In this document: in pieces, positions 27,663 to 35,532 of the stretch
Position numbering within the stretch: the stretch's first letter is position 1
Layout: each line of letters starts with the position of its first letter
Assembly (NCBI GenBank): GCA_963648635.1
Contig: CAVJEL010000001.1
Coordinates: 4,444 to 68,443 of the forward strand
Direction of reading: 5' to 3'
Length of the DNA stretch: 64,000 nucleotides
Source: Ruminococcus intestinalis
GTDB lineage: Bacteria; Spirochaetota; Spirochaetia; Sphaerochaetales; Sphaerochaetaceae
Program-made: the position numbers and the translations under genes
The notes under the pieces: model-generated
Database searches by the model: none
What the model was told of the DNA's origin: nothing
What the model saw: the letters and a program-made list of their open reading frames with translations, nothing else

Positions 27663-28596
27663 GGAAAAACATAGAAAAACCTTCGGTCAGGTTCCTATAT
27701 ACCTCGGAAAATTCTTCAGGATGTTCGTCTTCCAGGATGACTGGAAGATGCTTCCGATGGCTGCGCTTATCGCGGCTCTCGTTTCGTTCGTAATAAAGGG
27801 GACGATGCTCCAGACTATGGAGGGGACGATGAAGGGTGCACTTGCGCTTTCCTGTATATGTATCTGGAACGGCTTCTTCAACTCCATCCAGGTAGTATGT
27901 AGGGAAAGGGAGGTCGTCAAGAGAGAGCACCGCTCGGGAATGAGGATTGGCTCATATATTCTTTCCCATATGATTTATCAGGCGGCACTGTGTATGGCGG
28001 AAGCTATGATATCTGTAACGGTGTGCAGGGTTTCGGGAATTAAATTCCCCATGGGCGGAGTTGTGACACCTCTCTTCGTCATCGATTTGACTATCACATT
28101 TTTCCTTATTACATATGCTTCCGACATAATGTCTCTCTGGATAAGCACTGTTGCACGTAATACTACTGCAGCTATGACGGTCATGCCGTTTGTGCTTATC
28201 TTCGAGCTTTTATTCTCCGGTGCAGTCTTTACCCTCGAAGGTATAAGCAACACACTGTCATATATTACCTTTGCCAGATGGGGAATGAATGCAATATGTG
28301 CAATATGTGGCTACAATTCGCTCAAGATGGTAAGCGTATGGAATATGCTTGTGAAGTTCCAGAATACCGAGTATGAGGGTATGACGCCGCTCAAGAGTGT
28401 TGTTGAAGAGATTCAGGCAAATCCCGAAGGAGTTGAAAGTTTCCAGAAGAAGATGGGAGAGTTGAGCCCCAATCCCGATTATGCCTCTACTCCCGACAAT
28501 GTAGTCATTTCCTGGATTGCCCTTGTTGTTTTTATCGTTGTCTTTGCTCTTCTTGCGTCTCTCTTTCTTAAACGTATAGACAAAGACAAAAGATAG
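27655..28596 (+). CDS. ABC-2 type transporter permease
   Basis: 313 aa with about six TM segments. It overlaps the upstream ATPase gene by 8 nt. Confidence 0.8.
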   Translation: MLKEKHRKTFGQVPIYLGKFFRMFVFQDDWKMLPMAALIAALVSFVIKGTMLQTMEGTMKGALALSCICIWNGFFNSIQVVCREREVVKREHRSGMRIGSYILSHMIYQAALCMAEAMISVTVCRVSGIKFPMGGVVTPLFVIDLTITFFLITYASDIMSLWISTVARNTTAAMTVMPFVLIFELLFSGAVFTLEGISNTLSYITFARWGMNAICAICGYNSLKMVSVWNMLVKFQNTEYEGMTPLKSVVEEIQANPEGVESFQKKMGELSPNPDYASTPDNVVISWIALVVFIVVFALLASLFLKRIDKDKR

Positions 28597-29829
28597 TTAT
28601 TCAACTTTTACGAGTTGTCCTTTTCCCAGAAGAGATGTCCTATTCGAGTAGTTGTAGGCATCTCTTTTCTTTTCGCTGAATGTGGTGGCAAGCCTTATAT
28701 AGCCCCTTCCCTTTGTTGAACCCATTATGCCGTTCTTTCCTGCAATGTAGCCGTAGATGTCGATGTTCTTCGTCTCATTGCTGTTCTCAGCGTAGCTTTT
28801 GTTCTGGTTGAAGCCGATGATGTTTGCAATTGCATGGACTCCGATGCGGATTGTAGTTCTGCTGTGCTTGAGTCCGACTCTGAAGCCGTAATCTATATCG
28901 AGGGAGAGCATCGCATAGAAATTGGAGCTATAGATGGAGCCTTCTTCATTGAATGAGTTGGTAAATTCCGTTGTGACGGTAAATCCCAGCCCCCCGTAGA
29001 CGATTGCATTGTCCCCCATGGTGCTTCGCCATGCAGGTCCTATTGAAAAGAGGAACTTCCACTGGGAGGTGTCTAAATTACTTTCTGTCGTTTTCTCATC
29101 TTTATTAACAGTCGGGGAGAGTATTGATGTCTCTCCGCTCTTTCCATCTGTTTCTCCTGTTGTGCTTTCCTCAGTAGTGGTCGTTCCCGTCGAGGTTGAT
29201 GTGCCCGTTGGAGTTGTTGTTGTACTCGTTGGAGTTGTCGTGCCCGTAGGTGTTGTCGTACCCGTTGGAGTTGTTGTGCTCGTTGGAGTTGTCGTACTCG
29301 TTGGAGTTGTTGTACTCGTTGGAGTTGTCGTGCCCGTTGGAGTTGTCGTGCCCGTTGGAGTTGTTGTGCTCGTAGGTGTTGTTGTGCTCGTAGGTGTTGT
29401 TGTGCTCGTAGGTGTTGTAGTACCCGTAGGTGTTGTAGTACCCGTAGGTGTTGTAGTACCCGTAGTCGTTGTCGTGCCCGTAGTCGTTGTAGTACCTGTT
29501 GGAGTTGTTGTTCCTGTATTGTTTGATAATGCAATAGTTGAAGAATCTGTTGCTGTAGTTGTTTTTGAGCTTGTGTTGAATATGCTTTCTTTAAGCTTGA
29601 TAAGTGTGCTGAACGGTGTCTGTATTCCTATTCTAAGATATATTCCTTGTGTGGAATCCGATCCGACAAAGCCGTATCCTGTGACATCTATGCCGATTTT
29701 GTTTTTATCAAAGGATGTAAGAGTTTCGTCGCTTGTCTTATAAAAGGTGAAGTCATAGGATGGAAAGACTGCCGCCATGACGGAGAAGGACAGACTTATA
29801 ATGATTATAAACAGACAAAATCTCTTCAC
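28597..29829 (-). CDS. Secreted beta-rich protein with a central Thr/Pro hexapeptide repeat array (mucin-like)
   Basis: GTG start and signal peptide MKRFCLFIIIISLSFSVMA. The N- and C-terminal regions are beta-strand-like, and the central part holds about 19 units of TGTTTP/TSTTTP. Its stop codon directly abuts the stop of the convergent permease gene. Confidence 0.7.
   Translation of the reverse strand: MKRFCLFIIIISLSFSVMAAVFPSYDFTFYKTSDETLTSFDKNKIGIDVTGYGFVGSDSTQGIYLRIGIQTPFSTLIKLKESIFNTSSKTTTATDSSTIALSNNTGTTTPTGTTTTTGTTTTTGTTTPTGTTTPTGTTTPTSTTTPTSTTTPTSTTTPTGTTTPTGTTTPTSTTTPTSTTTPTSTTTPTGTTTPTGTTTPTSTTTTPTGTSTSTGTTTTEESTTGETDGKSGETSILSPTVNKDEKTTESNLDTSQWKFLFSIGPAWRSTMGDNAIVYGGLGFTVTTEFTNSFNEEGSIYSSNFYAMLSLDIDYGFRVGLKHSRTTIRIGVHAIANIIGFNQNKSYAENSNETKNIDIYGYIAGKNGIMGSTKGRGYIRLATTFSEKKRDAYNYSNRTSLLGKGQLVKVE
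29176..29518. repeat. 18-bp coding tandem repeat array with 90-bp higher-order periodicity
   Basis: Units such as CGTAGGTGTTGTAGTACC occur three times identically at 29407-29460, and CGTAGGTGTTGTTGTGCT twice at 29371-29406. At protein level the pattern (TG,TG,TS,TS,TS) repeats. Confidence 0.9.
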
Positions 29830-29885
29830 GACCCAATAATAAGCTCAACGGCGCTTTTCATATAGTGGATTCACAAATTTTCCAC

Positions 29886-29910
29886 AAAAAAACCTCTTCA
29901 AATGAAGAGG
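29886..29910 (-). terminator. Intrinsic terminator after tRNA-Pro
   Basis: Minus strand: CCTCTTC-ATTT-GAAGAGG followed by T7. Confidence 0.65.
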
Positions 29911-29915
29911 GTAAG

Positions 29916-29988
29916 TCGGGATGAATGGACTCGAACCATCGATATCCTGCTCCCAAAGCAGGCGCCATAGCCGCTAGGCGACATCCCG
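29916..29988 (-). tRNA. tRNA-Pro (anticodon UGG)
   Basis: Manual cloverleaf: CGGGATG TC GCC..GGC G CCTGC TTTGGGA GCAGG ATATC GATGG TTCGAGT CCATT CATCCCG A. G37 is as expected for Pro. Confidence 0.9.
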
Positions 29989-30157
29989 AAGCACTAGAGG
30001 AGTATAGAAAAATTAGGCCCGGCCGTCAATCACTCAGGGTAAAATAAAATGTGAACAATATTGAACAATTATTTGTAAAACTGTTTGCTTTTACGTGAAT
30101 ATATGAAAATCTCTTTCTCTTTTATGACAAAAAAACAGAAAAAGATGCTTTATAAGT

Positions 30158-30739
30158 ATGTGCAAAAAGATTGTGAAGAGAGGAAATATTGATAACCTAA
30201 TAGTCGACAGGAGCCTTGATTTCTCATTTGAGGAACTCTATTTTTCTGATTCTCTTCCCATCTGTGACCTTCTTATTCTATCTACCGAGAATCTCTTCTC
30301 AATTGTTGATGACATAATAAGGCTACGCTCTCTTAATCCCCTCGCTCGTATAGTTGTTGCACCACAATACTATCAGGAGAATCTGATTACCGCACTATTT
30401 CCGTATGTCGAATTTACGAAGAAAGGCCGGGTTCTTCTTTCCGATATCTACTCGGGAAGTGCAACGTACACCCACACTCAGATAAGGCTAGCCCTGACGA
30501 AGAGGGAGAAGAAATTCCTGATGCCATTCAGCTACGGCATGAGTGACAAGGAGGTTTCAATTTCGCTGGGTGTAAGTCTCCGCACCGTCGTAAGGACAAA
30601 ACAGCGACTTATTGAAAAGACGGGACTCTTGTCGACATCGCAACTCTCGGTTTTCAGTGTACTTCAAAGCTGGATTACCCAGAAGGGGGAGGAGACGGCA
30701 AAGATGGAAGAAAGAGGGTGCCTGAGGATGTTCGGCTGA
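30158..30739 (+). CDS. LuxR-family HTH transcriptional regulator with a degenerate N-terminal domain
   Basis: The C-terminus LTKREKKFLMPFSYGMSDKEVSISLGVSLRTVVRTKQRLIEKTGL matches the LuxR/GerE HTH. The N-terminal ~115 aa lacks obvious receiver acidic-pocket residues. Confidence 0.7.
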   Translation: MCKKIVKRGNIDNLIVDRSLDFSFEELYFSDSLPICDLLILSTENLFSIVDDIIRLRSLNPLARIVVAPQYYQENLITALFPYVEFTKKGRVLLSDIYSGSATYTHTQIRLALTKREKKFLMPFSYGMSDKEVSISLGVSLRTVVRTKQRLIEKTGLLSTSQLSVFSVLQSWITQKGEETAKMEERGCLRMFG

Positions 30740-30785
30740 AAGAGAGCCTTTGATAAACAGTATGGAAAAAGAGTAGTATTGTGCT

Positions 30786-31397
30786 ATGAGAGAGAAGGAA
30801 CGCGAGATATTCAATACACTCGATAAATCCATGCCAAAGGAAATATTCTTCCTTCCATGCACCGATAGCTTGAGTTTTCTCATCACCGTTATTCTCTCCC
30901 AGTCAAACACCGACAGAAAGGCGGAAGAATCAGCCGGGCTGCTATTTGAGAGCTTTCCCGATGCAGAGAGCATAGCTTCTGCCAATATTGAGAGTATAGA
31001 GAGACTCATACATTCTTCAGGACTTTCAATGAGTAAGAGTAGGACAATCAAAGAGACAGCACTCTATTTCCTCAATCACGGAGAGCCGAAGACAAGAGAG
31101 GAGCTTCTTTCTATCAAGGGAATAGGCGAAAAGACAGCCTCTGTATACATACAGAGAATTCTCAGCGGGGATGCAGTTGTTGTCGACACACACTTTGAGA
31201 GGGTCAGCTATCGTCTGGGGCTGAGTTCTTCCCATGACAGAGATAGAACAATGAGAGAGATTATGGCAAAGTTTGATTCACGCTGCTGGAACAGACTTAG
31301 CGATACTCTCAACTACCTCGGGCGCACCGTATGCCGACCCAGGCCGAAGTGCGGTGAGTGTGTTCTAAAAGAAAGTTGCATAAAAAGGATTGAATGA
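30786..31397 (+). CDS. nth: Endonuclease III
   Basis: HhH-GPD fold (LLSIKGIGEKTASVY) plus the Fe-S cluster loop CRPRPKCGECVLKESC (C-X6-C-X2-C-X5-C). Confidence 0.9.
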   Translation: MREKEREIFNTLDKSMPKEIFFLPCTDSLSFLITVILSQSNTDRKAEESAGLLFESFPDAESIASANIESIERLIHSSGLSMSKSRTIKETALYFLNHGEPKTREELLSIKGIGEKTASVYIQRILSGDAVVVDTHFERVSYRLGLSSSHDRDRTMREIMAKFDSRCWNRLSDTLNYLGRTVCRPRPKCGECVLKESCIKRIE

Positions 31398-31529
31398 CTT
31401 TACAAAGAAACGGCGTTTGGGGTATATTCAACAATTGTTACGACGGCGTATCTTTGCCCATGCTCCGGTCTTAGTGCCGACAAAGGTTCCGTCGGATGAT
31501 GAGCATATTATTTAAGGTGGATATTAGTC

Positions 31530-31760
31530 ATGGCTAGAAGATGTGATATTTGTGGAAAAGGTACAATTTCTGGTTCAGTTGTAACAAGAAAGGGACAGTC
31601 CAAGAAGAAGGGTGGTGTCGGACAGCATATCGGAGTAACTACAAAGCGTGAGTTCAGACCGAATATTGTTTCTGTTAAGGCCCTTATCGACGGAACTCCC
31701 AGAACAATTAAAGTATGCACTCGCTGCCTCAGAGCAGGAAGAGTCCAGAAGGTTGTATAA
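31530..31760 (+). CDS. rpmB: 50S ribosomal protein L28
   Basis: 76 aa, MARRCDICGKGTISG... with KKKGGVGQHIGVTTKREFRPN. This resembles the spirochaete L28 sequences I recall. Confidence 0.9.
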   Translation: MARRCDICGKGTISGSVVTRKGQSKKKGGVGQHIGVTTKREFRPNIVSVKALIDGTPRTIKVCTRCLRAGRVQKVV

Positions 31761-31791
31761 CAGGATTAGTTTTTCTAAGAATGAAAAAGAC

Positions 31792-31827
31792 GGGGACTCC
31801 TTTTAAGTAAGGGAGCCCTCTTTTTTT
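31792..31827 (+). terminator. Intrinsic terminator after rpmB, abutting the thrA start
   Basis: GGGGACTCC-loop-GGAGCCCTC (one mismatch, one wobble) followed by T7. The thrA ATG follows 7 nt later. Confidence 0.6.
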
Positions 31828-31833
31828 ATATAA

Positions 31834-34257
31834 ATGGAGGAGATGATGAGTATACGTGTCCATGCACTTGAAGGATCGATGGTCAGTACTTCAGGCGGTA
31901 TCGAAAGGCTGATGGGTATCATAAGGAAATACAATGATGATACATCTGTTATTGTTCTTCCGCCTCCGCTCAATCCCGAGCTTTCGTTTGATAAACTTCT
32001 CGAAAAGGCTGAAAAGCGTGATGAGGATGTATGGAAACTTCTCGGGATGAAGAGAAAAGGGTGGCTTGAACTGGCGTCCTCGTCGCTTTCTTCCGTCGGC
32101 TCAGGGATTGTTTCGGCCTCGATTGAATCCTCCTTTAATGACATAAAGGACATATTGAAGGCTGTGTGGCTTCTTGAAAGCAGGGAGGGGGACTCCGGCG
32201 ATTACCTGGAAAACCTCTCGTCATCATTTCTCGCTCTAATACTGGCACGCCGTTTTGAAGATGAGGGGGTGGCATCTCTCGTCCTTACCGTTCCTCAGAT
32301 TCTTTCCTCCCCTTCAGTTATAAAAGGTAAGAAAGTTGTCCTTGCTGCCGGCACTCTCCTCTACTGTGATGAGGACAGGGATGCATCAGGCAGGGAGCGT
32401 GAAGAAGAGGGTTGGGGCGAATACAGCGCGTCCTTAATTGCAGCATCCCTCAAGGCGCCCCTAACATTCTGGAACCAGAAATCCCTTCTATACTCAGCAA
32501 GTAAGAAGGATGTTCCCAATGCCCATATAATCAGAAATCTAACATATAATGAAGCAACGGAGCTCTCGTTCTTCGGTGCACCTGTTGTTCATCCCCATTC
32601 ATTCATCCCCGCAATGAATGCCGGCCTTACACTCTCGCTCTGTTCATGGAGTGAACCCGATGAGAAGGGAACAACGGTAACTGTTAAGGGAAGCGGAAAC
32701 GAAAAAGGTGTAAAGGCCTTCAGCGTCGTAAAGAACATATCACTTATAAATGTCGAAGGGTCGGGCATGTCGGGTGTCCCGGGTGTTTCATCCCGCCTTT
32801 TCAGTGCCCTCAGGCGTGAGGGTATTTCCGTTATCTTCATCTCCCAGGCATCAAGTGAATATTCAATATGTTTCGCAATTCCGCAGAAGGAAGCGAAGAG
32901 AGCCCAGACAACAATAGTTACGGAGTTCAGTAAGGAACTTGAAAGCGGTCAGATTTCATCTGTCGGCTCGGAAGACAACCTCTCGATTCTTGCAGTCGTC
33001 GGCGAAGGTATGCCGGGATGTGTAGGGGTAGCGGGACAGTTCTTCTCGTCTCTTGCACGTGCCGGAGTCAACGTCCGTGCCATCGCACAGGGCTCGAGTG
33101 AACGTAACATAAGCGCAGTTATCTCATCTGTCGATGATGTAAAGGCTGAAAGGGCATTGCACTCAGTATTCTTCATGTCACCGCAGACGCTCTCGCTCGG
33201 TCTCTTCGGCCCGGGTAACATTGGCGGAACACTTCTTGATCAGCTTGGTCGTGAGAGTGAGAGACTCAAGCGTGAGTTCGACCTCGATTTGAGGGTGAGG
33301 GGAATAGCGACAACAAAGAGGATGCTCCTCTCTGAAGACGGGCTGGAGCTCTCATCGTGGAGGGAGAAGTTCGAAAAGTATTCAATACCTTATAACGAAG
33401 AAGTATTCCTTTCTCATATTAAGGCATCTTACTATCCTCATTGGGTTCTTATAGATGCAACAGCAAGTGAAGAGAGGGCTATGCAATATAAGAGCTTCAT
33501 CGAAAGTGGCTTCCATGTCATAACACCCAATAAGAAGGCACCTTCGGGACCCTATGACTACTATGAGGAGATTCTTTCGGCTTCCCGTCGCACTGGAAAG
33601 AAGTTCCTCTATGAAACAACGGTAGGTGCGGGACTCCCGATTATCGTAACGCTCAAGGACCTCAGAGAGACAGGTGACACAATAGAAAAGGTCGAGGGAA
33701 TGGTCAGCGGTACGCTATCCTGGCTATTCTCGACATACGACGGAACAGTGCCGTTCTCATCCCTTGTTCTCAAGGCAAAGGAAATGGGCTTCACAGAACC
33801 CGACCCGAGGGACGACTTATCAGGCATGGACGTAGCGCGTAAGACAGTTATCCTCAGCAGGGAACTCGGATACAAATCCTCCATCGGTTCTTTCCCGATA
33901 GAGTCTCTTGTTCCCGAGAATCTCAGAGAGGTTTCCAAAGACGAGTTCCTGTCACGCATCGGTGAGATGGACGAGAAGATGTATTCTCTCTACAACGAAG
34001 CAAAGAGCGAGGGTATGTCACTCAGGTATGTGGGAACAGTCGACGGCGGAGAGTGCTCTGTGGGACTGAGAAAATTCCCGCTTTCCCACCCATTCAGCCA
34101 GGCTAAGGGAACAGATAACGTAATACAGTTCACGACTGCACGCTACCACAATCAGCCACTTGTCGTTCAGGGACCGGGTGCGGGGCCAGAAGTAACGGCT
34201 GCCGGAATATTTGCCGATATATTACGTCTCAGTGCATATCTGGGATCTAAAATCTAG
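31834..34257 (+). CDS. thrA: Bifunctional aspartokinase / homoserine dehydrogenase
   Basis: 807 aa with an amino-acid kinase domain, two ACT-like regions and a homoserine dehydrogenase C-terminus (GAGLPII, VQGPGAG). The start may be 31843 or 31846 (MSIRVHAL aligns with the E. coli MRVLKF). Confidence 0.9.
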   Translation: MEEMMSIRVHALEGSMVSTSGGIERLMGIIRKYNDDTSVIVLPPPLNPELSFDKLLEKAEKRDEDVWKLLGMKRKGWLELASSSLSSVGSGIVSASIESSFNDIKDILKAVWLLESREGDSGDYLENLSSSFLALILARRFEDEGVASLVLTVPQILSSPSVIKGKKVVLAAGTLLYCDEDRDASGREREEEGWGEYSASLIAASLKAPLTFWNQKSLLYSASKKDVPNAHIIRNLTYNEATELSFFGAPVVHPHSFIPAMNAGLTLSLCSWSEPDEKGTTVTVKGSGNEKGVKAFSVVKNISLINVEGSGMSGVPGVSSRLFSALRREGISVIFISQASSEYSICFAIPQKEAKRAQTTIVTEFSKELESGQISSVGSEDNLSILAVVGEGMPGCVGVAGQFFSSLARAGVNVRAIAQGSSERNISAVISSVDDVKAERALHSVFFMSPQTLSLGLFGPGNIGGTLLDQLGRESERLKREFDLDLRVRGIATTKRMLLSEDGLELSSWREKFEKYSIPYNEEVFLSHIKASYYPHWVLIDATASEERAMQYKSFIESGFHVITPNKKAPSGPYDYYEEILSASRRTGKKFLYETTVGAGLPIIVTLKDLRETGDTIEKVEGMVSGTLSWLFSTYDGTVPFSSLVLKAKEMGFTEPDPRDDLSGMDVARKTVILSRELGYKSSIGSFPIESLVPENLREVSKDEFLSRIGEMDEKMYSLYNEAKSEGMSLRYVGTVDGGECSVGLRKFPLSHPFSQAKGTDNVIQFTTARYHNQPLVVQGPGAGPEVTAAGIFADILRLSAYLGSKI

Positions 34258-34266
34258 GAGGAGAGA

Positions 34267-35532
34267 ATGATCGAGTACGTTTCAACAAGAAGTAAAGATG
34301 GTGTTGTTTTTTCTGCTAGCGAGGCTATCCTCAAGGGCCTTGCTCCCGACGGAGGGCTCTTTGTCCCCCGTGCTCTTCCAGTAATAGATAAGGACTACAC
34401 AGTGGAGAAAGGACTAAGCAGGGCAATGTACCTTGCCATAAAGCCGTTCTTTGAGGGAGATGAGCTCGAGGATGAATTAGAGGATATATGCCGTGATGCC
34501 TTTTCCTTCCCCCTTCCTTTCCATACTTCGAAGGATAAGTATTTATATATGGAGCTTATCTTCGGGCCGACAAGTGCATTCAAGGACTTCGGAGCAAGAT
34601 TTCTAGCGTGTACAATGGAAAGACTACTAAGAAAAAGGGGCGAGAAGAAAACGATTCTCGTTGCCACCAGTGGTGATACCGGTGGTGCTGTTGCATCAGC
34701 TTTCTTTGGGAGGGAAAATCTCTCTGTAAAGGTCCTGTTCCCGAAGGGAAGAGTTGCAGATAGGCAGCGCGCACAGCTTACAAGCTGGGGTGGCAATGTC
34801 GAGGCATATGAAGTTAGGGGCTCATTCGACGACTGCCAGAAGATGGTCAAAGAGGCCTTTATGGATAGTGAGATATCTTCTTCTCTCAGTTCTAGTAATT
34901 CTATTAATATAGGGCGCCTCCTTCCTCAGATGGCATACTACGCATATGCATCCACGCTCTTTTTCGAGATGTACGGCGTAAAGCCTACCTTCATCGTCCC
35001 GTCGGGAAATGTGGGGAATGTCACAGGTGCCTACTGGGCTATGGAGATGGGGTACCCCATAGAGAAGATTGTTCTTGCATGCAATGCAAATAGGACTATA
35101 CCCGACTACCTCGAGAGCGGGGAATATAAGCCCCGGGAAAGCGTGAAGACACTCGCAAACGCAATGGATGTAGGTGCGCCTTCAAATATGGAGAGACTCT
35201 TCGACCTTTATCCAACATTCTCGCTCTTCTCGAGTAAGGTTTCAGCTTATTCCGTTTCCGATGATGAGATAAGGCGCACAATAAAGGAAGTGTACGATGA
35301 GGAGGGATATATAATCTGTCCTCACACAGCATGCGGTGAAAGGGTAAGACGAGATTATCTCTCGTCTTGTCCATCAATTGTTGTTGAGACGGCACATCCT
35401 GCGAAGTTCAATACTATTGTCGAGCCACTTTTGGGTGTAACCATCCCGATTCCTTCGTCTCTATACGCTCTTATGCAGAAAGAGGAGAATGCGAAGGAAA
35501 TAGGAACAAACTACAAGGAGCTCTTTAATTGA
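34267..35532 (+). CDS. thrC: Threonine synthase
   Basis: 421 aa with a PLP-lysine motif context (GPTSAFKDFGARF) and ATSGDTGGA. Confidence 0.9.
   Translation: MIEYVSTRSKDGVVFSASEAILKGLAPDGGLFVPRALPVIDKDYTVEKGLSRAMYLAIKPFFEGDELEDELEDICRDAFSFPLPFHTSKDKYLYMELIFGPTSAFKDFGARFLACTMERLLRKRGEKKTILVATSGDTGGAVASAFFGRENLSVKVLFPKGRVADRQRAQLTSWGGNVEAYEVRGSFDDCQKMVKEAFMDSEISSSLSSSNSINIGRLLPQMAYYAYASTLFFEMYGVKPTFIVPSGNVGNVTGAYWAMEMGYPIEKIVLACNANRTIPDYLESGEYKPRESVKTLANAMDVGAPSNMERLFDLYPTFSLFSSKVSAYSVSDDEIRRTIKEVYDEEGYIICPHTACGERVRRDYLSSCPSIVVETAHPAKFNTIVEPLLGVTIPIPSSLYALMQKEENAKEIGTNYKELFN

Noticed and set aside
29176-29518. The periodic repeat as a possible CRISPR array
   Set aside because: The 18-bp units are contiguous with no unique spacers and lie in-frame inside a coding sequence. 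No cas genes are present.
29009-29743. 244-aa Val-rich plus-strand ORF and 153-aa Gln/Leu/Arg-rich alternative-frame ORF (29073-29534) across the repeat array
   Set aside because: They are artefacts of the 18-bp periodic Thr-codon repeat (ACN read as NGT on the opposite strand, or frame-shifted). Only the minus-strand frame has a signal peptide and non-repetitive flanking domains.
26017-29988. The tRNA-flanked segment as an integrated mobile genomic island
   Set aside because: There is no integrase, recombinase or transposase, and I could see no direct repeat of a tRNA 3' end. Each tRNA has its own terminator. I kept it as a finding on gene content only, not as a mobile element.
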